Source: Octopus bimaculoides
Taxonomy: Eukaryota
Assembly: GCF_001194135.2 (NCBI RefSeq)
Contig: NC_069001.1
Coordinates: 39,149,835 to 39,213,834, forward strand
Length of the DNA: 64,000 nt
Direction: 5' to 3'
Position numbers and translations under genes: made by a program. Positions 1 to 12,200 of the stretch are shown in pieces. The notes under the pieces are model-generated. The model did not search any database and had not been told where the DNA came from. It saw only the letters and a program-made list of their open reading frames with translations. The first letter of the stretch is position 1. Each line of letters starts with the position of its first letter.

Positions 1-37
<37 letters not shown>

Positions 38-99
38 CATATAGCATGTATGTATATATATATATATATATATATGTAGCATATAAACGACAAATGCTT

Positions 100-235
100 A
101 AATTATTTGCCAGAGATTCCGAGTCGGCTTCAAGGCGAAAGGTTCAATCTCTGTAAAAGATAGCCTGACAAAAGATCAGGTTGAGGGTTTCTGGAGATCT
201 GTATGGGAAACGAATGATCAATTCAAAAAACAAAT
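100..235 (+). mobile_element. R4/Dong-clade LINE fragment (region upstream of RT)
   Basis: Manual translation with one frameshift gives PDK-DQVEGFWRSVWETNDQF, resembling the P..E.VE.FW..IW motif N-terminal to RT in R4/Dong elements. Short, so moderate confidence. Confidence 0.55.
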
Positions 236-1433
236 TGATAATTAAAGGTGGAGTAACTAATAGTGTGCCACTTTTTGGTTGTTTAGTGTCAGAAATGATA
301 AAGAATATGTCGATACCCTAATAAGAACACATTCCTAGAATCGGAATTGGTGCCAACGTCAACCACCTTCAGATCCTTTAGTATTTCCCTTCATTTAACG
401 AAATAAAATATTCTACATCCTAAACCGACATTCATAGATTCACTGCGACATAATCATGAGTCAACATCCTGCAGTGAAACCGACTGCGTGATTTTTAATT
501 TATTAAATTTGTACTCGTAATTAAAACAAAAATATCATTAGTGAGAAATTTGGTTTAAAAAGCAAGGGAGACACCCGAGAGAAGCAAATTAATCAAAAAA
601 CTGTTCTTAAGTTAGGAAGTGAGTGTGATCAGAGCAAAGTTGAAGACAATTTTGAACATGTTTTGGTCTTATAAAACCTCTTTAGAGAAACATAATCTTA
701 ACTCTTCTTACATCAGATGTTTTGGAGAACAGCGACGTTGTTTAGTGAAAGACTAGAATAATGTTACATTTTAAATATATTTAGTTTTATTGATACTTTA
801 CTAATTAGGCAAACAAACATCTGCGCGTACGTGTGCTGAGAGGTGTCGGTGGATGTATGTGGATGTGTGTGCGATTGTGTGCGCGAGCGCGTAAATGTAA
901 TTAGTTGAAGGTTGGACGCAGAAAATCACATATAAGTAACATTTACCTGTGTGTCATACTGAGTTTTTATGTGTAATAGCTCTTGCTCTCTCTCTCTCTC
1001 TCAGTTTCGCAATTTCTCTCTCTCTCTCTCTTTCACACACACATACACGCACACACACACAGGGATCTATCCATCCATAATTGTTAAGACGCGAAACGTT
1101 CGGCCATCGATTCACTCTATTGCCTCTGCTAACTATTGATAAAAAAAATAACTGTCTATATACATATATATACATATCTGAAGTGGTTGTTAGATAAATA
1201 CAGAAATAGAAAGCTAGATAGTCATTTTCGAGCAGATAGAGATGGTATCTATTATCCGTGTTAGGAATATGTAACGCCCCCCACCTCCACCCCTCGCCAA
1301 GGTCGCAATGCCCCAGCAATGACAGAACCTATTGCTATCAGACCAAACAGCTAAATCCTTTGTTATTACTTCAAAGCACAGCGAAACCTCCCTTCTTAGC
1401 ATATTGACAACCTCAGTACAAAAGGTAATATTA

Positions 1434-1447
1434 GTTGCCATAGCAAC
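1434..1447. promoter_or_regulatory. RFX X-box motif
   Basis: GTTGCCATAGCAAC fits the X-box consensus. Motif match only. Confidence 0.45.
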
Positions 1448-3131
1448 GTTTTTCAGTTCGTATATCTGAAATTAGTTTACAAACTTAAAAGATTATCTTT
1501 CTACCTTTCACAGTGGCTTTGAATATTTCTTTTAGTTGGTGATTGGAATGGCGGGGCAGGAGGGGAGAGGGTTCTTCGTGATTCAGGAACTGCTTGGCGA
1601 TAATAATAGGCGATGTAGCTGAGAGAGAGAGAGAGGGGGCGTAATCAGAGTAATGGGGAAAAATCGGGAGGTTTGAGAAAGGGAGGAGAAGAAAAAAAAT
1701 GGTAGATACGTAAGGACTATGAGATTAACGAAGGGATATATATAAATATTTTTTTTTTCATGCGATCAATGTGCCATGCTAGAAAAAACAACTAAATTAT
1801 CAGTTACATTTATATTATATATTGCATCGATATAAAAGTTTAGGAGCTTGTTCGACTCTGGTGATTTTCATACATCGTAAACAGGGAAGAAAAAACCTAA
1901 AAATATTGGATGGACACAGATGGAGGGCGTTTGATCGTACACTGGTATGTCCAAATCATGACGGAACAGTGACAACAACTACTACTACTATCTCTAGGGC
2001 CAACAAAGTGAGAGAAATACCTAAGATTAGAGTATTTTTTCATCCGGGAACAAAATTTCTAAGTCACATGACCTTTCCGAAGAAACTAAAATCGGATTTA
2101 GTAATCTTTAAAATTCCAATTCCATAATCCCGTGAAATATAAGAATCTCGTTATATTTGTTGTTTGTTCGAGTCAGGTCTGTCAGTTTGTCAAATGTTAA
2201 CCAATCTTGTAACAGATAAGTCTTTGAGACATCAATGGAGTCATTGCCTTCGTATAGTGTCTCTTGGAATAATCAGGTTACCATTCTTTTTCTTCTCTGG
2301 CCTCATATGTCTCAGAGGAACGTGAATCTGTTCCAGTAAAGTCGTGTTTCTGTCTGTGTTGGTAGAATGTGATCAGGTGACAGAGGAGTGCCGTGTCCAA
2401 AGCACAGGCTTTGTATATAAAAAAAAACCCTTAGCAGTTAGCCGTACAGCTGTTCTCCACTACTCACGCCACCTGTACTGGGCAACAGAAGGCCAACAGC
2501 CATTACAGCTTAGCACCAAAGACGTATCAGAAATTCCCAGAACGACGTTGACAACAACGACGAACAACCTTAAATAATTTTAATCAGTTCTATTTAACTC
2601 AGCATTTAATGGGAACTGGCTCGGTTGTAACGAATGATGAATAGCAATGTTCGCTATATCTTTAATCAAACGCTGGGAGAGCTTATAGCATAAGAAAATA
2701 ATTCTTTATTCAGTATTTGCAACAAAGATATTTACTATTATTTCACCCCCCCCCCATTATATTCACATCGCAGTTATTTCTCCGCCCGTTTCTTATATCA
2801 TTTTCAGAAACTGGTATCCATAGAGCTGAGATTAAAGACCAGACTAATGTAGTAAAGGGAGATGGAAGGGAAGGGACATGGGAGGTGCCTTGTTAAACGC
2901 CAACCTGCTCGATTCTTTATTGCAAGGCTGTTGTGTAGAACGTTGCCTGGTTCACGTGAGATCATTCATGGATTCAAGGACGCAGCTCTTGCCTCCCCAC
3001 TCGACCATAACACTTTGACAGGTTTCACCCCTCCCACCCGACCACTGACTTCTTTGTAGACGGATGTGGCTGCATATAGATGTCGTTGGAGGGATGCTGA
3101 TGCGTCTATGTGCAGATGCAATACCTATGAA

Positions 3132-3177
<46 letters not shown>

Positions 3178-3367
3178 NNNNNNNNNNNNNNNNNNNNNNN
3201 NNNNNNNNNNNNNNNNNNNNNNNNNNNNNNNNNNNNNNNNNNNNNNNNNNNNNNNNNNNNNNNNNNNNNNNNNNNNNNNNNNNNNNNNNNNNNNNNNNNN
3301 NNNNNNNNNNNNNNNNNNNNNNNNNNNNNNNNNNNNNNNNNNNNNNNNNNNNNNNNNNNNNNNNNNN

Positions 3368-3416
<49 letters not shown>

Positions 3417-3446
3417 CAGAGTAAGCACATAAACGCGAAACAAAAG

Positions 3447-3897
3447 TGGAATAATGACCTGAATACCCAGGGTAAATAATTAGTGGTAAAAATAATTATA
3501 AATTTGAATAAATCGAAAGCTATTTCTTTTTCTCTTATTTCTTTTTCTTCTTTTCCTTTTTGTCTTTCTTCCACCTCTTGTTATTCTCTGATTTTCTTTT
3601 CCTTTTCTTTCTATCGCCTCTAACAACTAAGTTCTTATAAGCATCGCCTGCGTATGCCTGACTGCCTGCATGCATATGCATTTGCATATATATTTATGTT
3701 TTGCCTGTATTTCTCTCTATATGTAGATAGCCATGTACCAACAGGTTGTTTGCTATGCATTGCTAAATCGAAATTAAATGCATATGTAATTTTTGCGTGA
3801 AAGTTTTTTTTTAAATGGATATATATTTTAATTTATTTAAATTTATTATTATGTTTTACCCCTAATTATTTGCCCTGGGTATTCAGGTCTTTTTCCC
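3447..3897. mobile_element. MITE-like element with ~60-bp imperfect TIRs
   Basis: GACCTGAATACCCAGGGTAAATAATTAG (3456-3483) and CTAATTATTTGCCCTGGGTATTCAGGTC (3862-3889) are inverted with 1 mismatch. Pairing extends inward for about 30 bp more. No TSD seen. Confidence 0.75.
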
Positions 3898-4050
3898 TTC
3901 TACATAAGCTATTTTTGATTTAAGGTTTTCTTCGATTTTTATAATAATGATTTTAAACCGCAATTGCAATTCTCAACCAAAACTGTTAGGCGAACGAGAA
4001 CGTGAAACTCTGAGTAACCGTTTTTGCGATATTTTTGCTGCTTTTTATTA

Positions 4051-4092
<42 letters not shown>

Positions 4093-5685
4093 GCTTTTGT
4101 GTGTGTGTGTGTGTGCGCATAGGCATTGAGATGAAAGCTTAGCTGGTCGAATATATACTGGGTTTGATGCAATCGACTAACACACGCCCCTTAAAAGTGG
4201 CCGGTATTATTATTGTTAATAATAGTGGTAGTAGGAGTAGTAGTAGTTGTTAGAAGAGAAGGTGGAGTAGAGGAGGAGTAGTATTTCTAGCGGCAGTAGG
4301 AGTAATATTAGTAGTAGTTGATCTGTATGTGAGCTTTGTTTAATCATACCTATGATAAGTTCCAACCGTGGCAATCAAGCTTTAATTTAGATTACGTGTA
4401 TCTAGGATCATAATATCTAGAGTGCAACTTCCTTACAATTTGTTAGATTATGTATGTATGTATGTGAATTGAGGGAGATTAAGCTACCATTTCTAGCGAC
4501 CACTTCAGCGACTGCAATATTGTCTCGAATTACAAGGAATTTCTTGTCGAGTAATTGAGATTCACTTGACATTTCGTCGGACTGCTTCGACAAATTCTCT
4601 GGAAACGGGTGACATTTTACTTTCTTGGGAAACATTAACTCATCGAAAGAGATTCCTATATCTTATATCCATCTATTGCCACACACACACACACACACAC
4701 ACACTCACGCCACAAAGTGACACATAGTGACATACAGCGCCTCACAGCGACACACAGACAAACGGACCATCGTCACTGTCTCACCATCATCACTTGACCT
4801 GACAATGCAGAATTATAAAGAAAGCTAGGTCGATACAACTGCAGACTTGTACTGTGATGGTGAGAACCACCATAGTAGCGTCTGTTCACCAGATGCCACC
4901 AATAGCAACAGTCAATACCCATAGAAAGGAACTCTATAATTTCTTTTAAAATATGAAATGTATTTCTTCATAAGACTATTACAATGGATGAGTAATATTT
5001 CAAATAAACGATTTACGTTTACAATATGTGATAATGCTGTCCGTTTGTGCGTCTGATATTTAAAGTAGGCCTTCGTTAAACGCTTTCAGCCGATTCTCCG
5101 AGTTAACCGATGGTAGACGTAGTATTGTTGGTATGTGAGTGTTTGCGTATTTTTGTGTGCGTCTATACATACATACATACATACATACATACATACATAC
5201 ATACACACACACATACATAAGACTGTCTCGGAATAAGTTAACAGATTCCTCCTGTTATTGAATACATGCACAACGATTAACTCGAGTGTAAACACAACAG
5301 ACCGGATATTGCTATTTGGGATAGACAAAAAACGCATGGAACGTCATAGAGGTCAACTGTCCTTGTGATGAGAATAATCTCTTTGAAAAGTGAAGAGAAA
5401 GAGGATAAGCATGGACATACACAAGCTATGTATTTGCAAGTTAATAGAAAAGGCTGTGCTAATTAATGTAGGAGAATAAATATTCTCATCAGTGCATCTG
5501 GTGTTAAAACACCTGGAAGTCATAGACAAGCGAAATAACTTGCACCAGGTCTCATTCAGGAAGCGAGGGACATCGATGTTTCGTCATTTTGTAACTTGTC
5601 AACATCGCGTACCCGATGCAAACTAAATCGCTGTCTAAACGCAGCCTACCCATGAACGTTGTCTGTGTGTTTGATATTGTGCGTG

Positions 5686-5731
<46 letters not shown>

Positions 5732-5927
5732 ACATACACAGACACATGCATACGGCAAACCCTACATTTTCCCGTCGAGGGCTTCTATGCCCCAATATTA
5801 GACTATTTAATTTCGTCAATGCATGGCTCTCGCCCATATGCTTTAAGATTATAATATATGATGACGATGATGTTGATTGCAAAGAGTATCGGGTTTATAG
5901 GTAATACTGTAGTCAACTTATAGCTGC

Positions 5928-6011
5928 TGACGTCACATTTTGGGGGTGATATATTTAACACACCTGACTCTTGGCAGATTGGTGTGAAATCGTGTGTGTA
6001 TGTCACGTGAC
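5928..6011. promoter_or_regulatory. cluster of CRE, CCAAT and CLEAR/E-box motifs
   Basis: TGACGTCA at 5928-5935, ATTGG at 5978-5982 and GTCACGTGAC at 6002-6011, in non-repeat sequence. Motif match only. Confidence 0.4.
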
Positions 6012-6536
6012 CGATTTAAGGATAGCTTTATCTCTTCGTCCTTGCAATTTCCTTCCGCTGCCTTTCTCTACTAATTGGTGCAAATAGAAATGGGAAGTTT
6101 GCGACTTCGTATTGCAATAGAACAAAGTGGTTTGATTGTTATTGTAGAAAACCAGAGAGAGGAGGAGGAGTATTATAGGCAGAGAAGATAAGAAATGGAG
6201 AGAGAGAGAGAGAGAGTTGGAGGGTAGCAGCGAGGCAGGGCTGACAAATAGGGAAGGGGAAAGATGGAGAAAGAGAGGCGAGAATGATAGAAAGAGTTAG
6301 TCAGAGAGATTTAGAGAGGGAGAGAGAGAGAGGTAGAAAGATAAAGAGAGAAATGGAAATGATAGATAGAAAAGGTGAGAAATTGGTAGAGAGTGTGATA
6401 GAGAGAGAAAAGAAGAGAAATAAAGAGGGATAGGGCGAAAGACAGAGAGAATGAGAGAGAGAGAGAGATTGAGAGCGAGAACAGAGAGAGAGAGAGACAG
6501 AGAAACAGAAAAAGTGGTAGAGAGATATAGAGAGAA

Positions 6537-6583
<47 letters not shown>

Positions 6584-6907
6584 GATAAGCAATGTTAATG
6601 AAGCTCTCGTATGGCTAGATCTCTGAGGATTATAAGAAAAAGTCTTTTATCGCCAAGAAAGATGGAATGGTAAATGCTGCCAATCCGATTTATTGGGATT
6701 AATTAAGGTGGTATGTGATAGATGGTGATTAAAAATACATCTTAGATTAACACAAATCGTTGACCGCCTCTACCGCAGCTACCCACCAAGTATTTGTCAC
6801 GTGAGAAAGTGATTTTCGTGTTTCTTAAAGACTGGTTTCAGAATTTACTTCCAAAACTATAACATCTCTGGTCACTTTATGGTGGAAGAGAGTTTATAGA
6901 AGTACAA

Positions 6908-7364
6908 CTCCGAACGTAAAGAGCAAAACACCGCTCAGAGTTTTTCCCGACAAGTTGACGATTCTGCCAGTTCACCGTCTTGTATTCTCTGTAATATTAA
7001 GAATGCGGATTAAGGGCATGGCAGTGCCGAACCATAGAGACAAGAGAACCAGAGCCTTCACATCAAAATGCGCTGCACACAGAGTAGCACATACACACAC
7101 ATACTATATGCGCACAGATATATACACGTACAAACATACCAGTACGTATGTATATGTGTATGTATGTGTGAGTGTGTATATGTATGTATATATATATACA
7201 CATATATACATCCTTTCTGTTATAGGGGCACAAGGCCTGAAATTTGGGGGAGGAGATGAGTCGATTATATCGATCCCAGTGCAAATGTGGTGCTTATTTT
7301 ATCGACCCGGAAAGAATGAAAGGCAAAGTCTACCTCGGTGAAATTTGAACTCAGAACGGGCGAA

Positions 7365-7367
<3 letters not shown>
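6908..7367 (-). mobile_element. SINE family A head (6908-6985) and body/tail (7211-7367)
   Basis: GACGATTCTGCCAGTTCACCGTCT is the reverse complement of the head. The second piece contains GGCACAAGGCCTGAAATTT and GAAATTTGAACTCAGAACG. Confidence 0.85.
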
Positions 7368-7433
<66 letters not shown>

Positions 7434-9455
7434 TATATACAAAAGAGAGCAGTTTCAATTTTAACATTACTACATAACATACATNNNNNNNNNNNNNNNN
7501 NNNNNNNNNNNNNNNNNNNNNNNNNNNNNNNNNNNNNNNNNNNNNNNNNNNNNNNNNNNNNNNNNNNNNNNNNNNNNNNNNNNNNNNNNNNNNNNNNNNN
7601 NNNNNNNNNNNNNNNNNNNNNNNNNNNNNNNNNNNNNNNNNNNNNNNNNNNNNNNNNNNNNNNNNNNNNNNNNNNNNNNNNNNNNNNNNNNNNNNNNNNN
7701 NNNNNNNNNNNNNNNNNNNNNNNNNNNNNNNNNNNNNNNNNNNNNNNNNNNNNNNNNNNNNNNNNNNNNNNNNNNNNNNNNNNNNNNNNNNNNNNNNNNN
7801 NNNNNNNNNNNNNNNNNNNNNNNNNNNNNNNNNNNNNNNNNNNNNNNNNNNNNNNNNNGCCACAATTTCAAGACGGAAATTCTCCCGAAAAATCATTTAC
7901 TGAAGAAAGAGAAAATGTAGCCAAAGCATATCCGGTGAAAGAGTTAGTTCTCCGATAAAGGAGATAAAAATATTATGTTAGAAAAACATGACGTTTGCAA
8001 TCCCTGAACCGATCACCACAAAGGCAGAGACTTAGAGGCTTTCGAAAATGCCCTTAGTTTAATCAAGAATATAATATTCAGAAGCAGATCCAATGATTTC
8101 CTTTATAAGCTTAGATAAGATTTTTCAAAAATATAATAAGCTTAAAATCCTCAAAACAATGTGTTTCGATGAAAACTACAGGAATATTTTTACGGCGTAA
8201 GAAAAGATCTTTACAAGAATCTTTTATAAAATAACATAAAGTTTTATAAAAATAAAATATTGAGAAACATATACAATGAAATCAACGGAGAAACACAAGA
8301 TACAACAAGAAATATTATATAAAACTCGAAGAAGCATAACAACAAACACAAAGTAAAATACGTCGGTCAAAAAATATCTCAGCCTTCATCGTACTGAAAG
8401 TAAACAATTTCGACATCTCACCAAAAACGAGATTCATTAACTCTGCGAAAAAAGAAGAAAAGGAAGTAAAGGAATAAAAGAAGTATTTTGTATTTTGTAT
8501 GTGGTCGTCAGTGGAATAATGTTGGAGAGAATAAAGAAAAGCATAAAACAACATATTTGAATGTATGGAAGAACATCATGGCAGTTATTATCGAGTGATT
8601 TAATGGCGTCGAAAACGCAGATAAATTCAGTTTTATTCATTTTAGTGTCACTGGTTATTACATCATCGTTAACAAACCAATCAGTAAAGCTGAATGGGAT
8701 GGTACCAATTGCACGAAAGAGCGGCCAAATCTCAGTTAAATCAAACTGTAACTTCTTCAAAACAGAAGGATATCTTATGATAGCCACGCAGAAGCTTAAC
8801 GTTGAGGGCTGGGGTGTTTAGGGTTTATAAAAATATCTGTACTTTATGAACCTGTTTGTAGCTCTTTTGTAAGTTGTGCATATGTATGAATGTGTGTATA
8901 TATGTGTGTATACATACTCATGTGTCCAGCGTGGTTTCGTCAATCAAATTTCGTTCACAAAATATTGTTTGACTCTTGAATTTAGTAGCAGACGATGCAG
9001 TTGCACAAGGGTCTACAATGAAGGATTGAATCCAATTCGGTATAATTCTCAGACGAGCATCCCGCCCACGTATTCCATTACCTGTGTCTCAAATAAAATT
9101 AAAAAAAGACTATTAAATACAATTCGTAATCTGTTGATGTATGGTAGGAACGTGAGCTGTTTGAGGTACGGGCATTGTTTATTGAATTCAAATAATATTA
9201 TTGTCCTCTTTAGCTTCCGTAGTTCGAAAACCTGTTGATTAAGCACTACACAAGTATTGACTTACATATTCTGCACTTACGGAAAAAGTCTGACCTTGTA
9301 CCTTACGGAAGAAAATATGTAAACTAAGGTTAACTGCTTCCAATGAACTTATACTAAGTCAACATATAGATTATCGAAATATTAGCAAGATATCACCAAG
9401 GCGACAGACAGATATCAGTCAATCTCTCTCTCTCTATATATATATACATACATAC

Positions 9456-9517
<62 letters not shown>

Positions 9518-10135
9518 NNNNNNNNNNNNNNNNNNNNNNNNNNNNNNNNNNNNNNNNNNNNNNNNNNNNNNNNNNNNNNNNNNNNNNNNNNNNNNNNNNN
9601 NNNNNNNNNNNNNNNNNNNNNNNNNNNNNNNNNNNNNNNNNNNNNNNNNNNNNNNNNNNNNNNNNNNNNNNNNNNNNNNNNNNNNNNNNNNNNNNNNNNN
9701 NNNNNNNNNNNNNNNNNNNNNNNNNNNNNNNNNNNNNNNNNNNNNNNNNNNNNNNNNNNNNNNNNNNNNNNNNNNNNNNNNNNNNNNNNNNNNNNNNNNN
9801 NNNNNNNNNNNNNNNNNNNNNNNNNNNNNNNNNNNNNNNNNNNNNNNNNNNNNNNNNNNNNNNNNNNNNNNNNNNNNNNNNNNNNNNNNNNNNNNNNNNN
9901 NNNNNNNNNNNNNNNNNNNNNNNNNNNNNNNNNNNNNNNNNNNNNNNNNNNNNNNNNNNNNNNNNNNNNNNNNNNNNNNNNNNNNNNNNNNNNNNNNNNN
10001 NNNNNNNNNNNNNNNNNNNNNNNNNNNNNNNNNNNNNNNNNNNNNNNNNNNNNNNNNNNNNNNNNNNNNNNNNNNNNNNNNNNNNNNNNNNNNNNNNNNN
10101 NNNNNNNNNNNNNNNNNNNNNNNNNNNNNNNNNNN

Positions 10136-10166
<31 letters not shown>

Positions 10167-10368
10167 CATATACATATATATTTATATATACATACATATA
10201 TATATTTATATATATATATACACATAATGTGTATATATATATATATATTTATATATATACACACAAACATGCATACATATATATTTATACATATATACAT
10301 AAATATATATACACATACATGCATACATATATATATATATATTTACATATATACATACATATACATCT

Positions 10369-10442
<74 letters not shown>

Positions 10443-10797
10443 GGAGAGGTAGACAGGTGGATGGATAGGCATACATATCACCAAGACAATTGACAGATAT
10501 CAGTCAGGTTATAGAGAAATACCAGCCAGGATATACACACAGATATCACCAAGACGATAGACAGATATCAGCCAGGTTGTTATATCAAGAATATCATTGA
10601 AAGAACTGAGAGTGTAAATCTCGAAGTTGTCTTTGGCGTTAAATAACACTCCTGTCTTTCTATCTTTCTCTTCAGGCGCACATGCGTATGTGTGTATGTA
10701 TATGTATGCGACGTCAAGTAATACATACATGCTTACCTCACTATCTTCTCTCTCTCTCTCTCTTTGTGCGCGCATGTGTATGTATGTACGTGTTAAA

Positions 10798-10995
10798 ATA
10801 TGTGGGTTTAGTTCACAGGTGATTGACGTATGTGACTTGAGTTGTTTGTCTTGCCTTAACATTTGTTGTCCTCTTAAATAACTACATGCATACATACATA
10901 CATGCATGTAGTTATTTAAGAGGACAACAAATGTTAAGGCAAGACCAACAACTCAAGTCACATACGTCAATCACCTGTGAACTAAACCCACATAT
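10798..10995. mobile_element. near-perfect palindrome / fold-back MITE
   Basis: Arms 10798-10891 and 10902-10995 are reverse complements at 93/94 positions, with a 10-nt loop. TA lies at 10799-10800 and 10993-10994. Confidence 0.85.
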
Positions 10996-11034
10996 GTTGT
11001 ATGTTTCTGTGTCTGTGTACACAGTCACGCATAT

Positions 11035-11955
11035 AAGATTAGATAAACTTAGATATGTTTCGACCGAAGACTGGTCGAGGCCATGTCTAACTTAATAGCA
11101 CCACCTTATAGGATTATCTAAATCCTTTTAAAGTCAATTTATGTGGTATCCTGGTCCATTTTAGTAGGGAGTTCTTGTTGAGCGAGTTGTATCCAGATAC
11201 AGGTGACTTGTCCGGTGTTCCTTGAAGAAATTTGCCCAGATTCCGTTTAAGGGTAATAGAATCCTTTTCCTCTTTGATCTGTTTTGGGACAATGTTAGAC
11301 AAGGCAGGGCCTGTTGAGGAAAAGAAATTGTGCTGCAGTGTATTTGTGTTGTGATCCTGAATTGGGTAGGGGACGCATGGCCCGTGGTCCTAGCGTTGGA
11401 TGAATTTTGAAGCTAATGTCGAGTTCGTTTGAGCATATTCTCCACATCGTGCAAATAGTTTCAATGCTTTAAGGCGGCCCCAGTAATCGAGATGAGTCAT
11501 GCCCTTAATTCTTTTAGTGAATGACTTCTGGAGGGATTCAATTTTCGAGATATTTTGTTTTGCATGGGCTGACCACAGGGAGCAGCAGTATTCGAGGTGT
11601 GACCGTACAAAGGAGAAAAGTGAAATGATGACACCGTGTTCTCTGGACTGGAAGGTTCTTGGGATCCAGGAGCTCATCCTACGAGCTATATCGACTTTAT
11701 TGTTAAGGGAGCTCCAACTGAGATTGAGGGCAGCAATTTCTCCTAGGTCTGTTATTATTAGATGCTGTAAGATTATGACTGTTTTAGCATAGTCATTCTT
11801 CTAAAATGCATCAGCTCAAATTTTCCCTCGTTTAGTTGCATTTTGTTTTTGTCTGCCCATTGACTCACAGCATGTAGATTAGATTAGAGTTGAGTTCGAT
11901 CTTCTTCATTGATAATTTTCTGGGGCTTAGAGTCAGTAGCAAATATTTTCACTTT
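11035..11955 (-). mobile_element. 5'-truncated CR1/L2-group LINE (RT C-terminus plus 3' UTR)
   Basis: Minus-strand peptides KVKIFATDSK (degenerate FADD), QWADKNKMQLNEGKFELMHF and VRSHLEYCCSLWS....ISKIESLQKSFTKRIKGM..LDYWGRLKALKL. The 3' end has a TCGACC/GGTCGA stem-loop at 11060-11078. Confidence 0.9.
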
Positions 11956-11994
11956 GTATCTATCTATTAATATCTATCTATCTATATATTCTGT

Positions 11995-12200
11995 TTTTTC
12001 TTTTACTTGTTTCAGTCATTTGGCTGCGGCCATGCTAGAGCAACGACTTTAGTCGAGCAAATCGACCCCAGGACTTATTCTTTGTAAGCCTAGTACTTAT
12101 TCTATCAGTCTCTTTTGCCGAACCACTAAGTTACGGGGACGTAAACACACCAGCATCGGTTGTCAAGCGATGTTGGAGTGACAAAACACAGACTGACACA
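11995..12200 (-). mobile_element. SINE family B (CORE-like), 3' half
   Basis: TTTTACTTGTTTCAGTCATTTGGCTGCGGCCATGCT ... CTAAGTTACGGGGACGTAAACACACC; homologous to the copies at 22943 and 47876. Confidence 0.9.

Noticed and set aside
1214-1441. 75-aa ORF MATNITF...
   Set aside because: No recognisable domain. Its ATG is simply part of the X-box palindrome.
2468-2568. Minus-strand exon with an Ig-like C...W pattern (SLVLSCNGCWPSVAQYRW)
   Set aside because: The donor is good but the acceptor lacks a pyrimidine tract, and the similarity is too vague to support a call.
4417-4635. 72-aa ORF MFPKKVKCHPF...
   Set aside because: No recognised homology, and its 3' part overlaps a dispersed repeat core and a (TATG)n tract.
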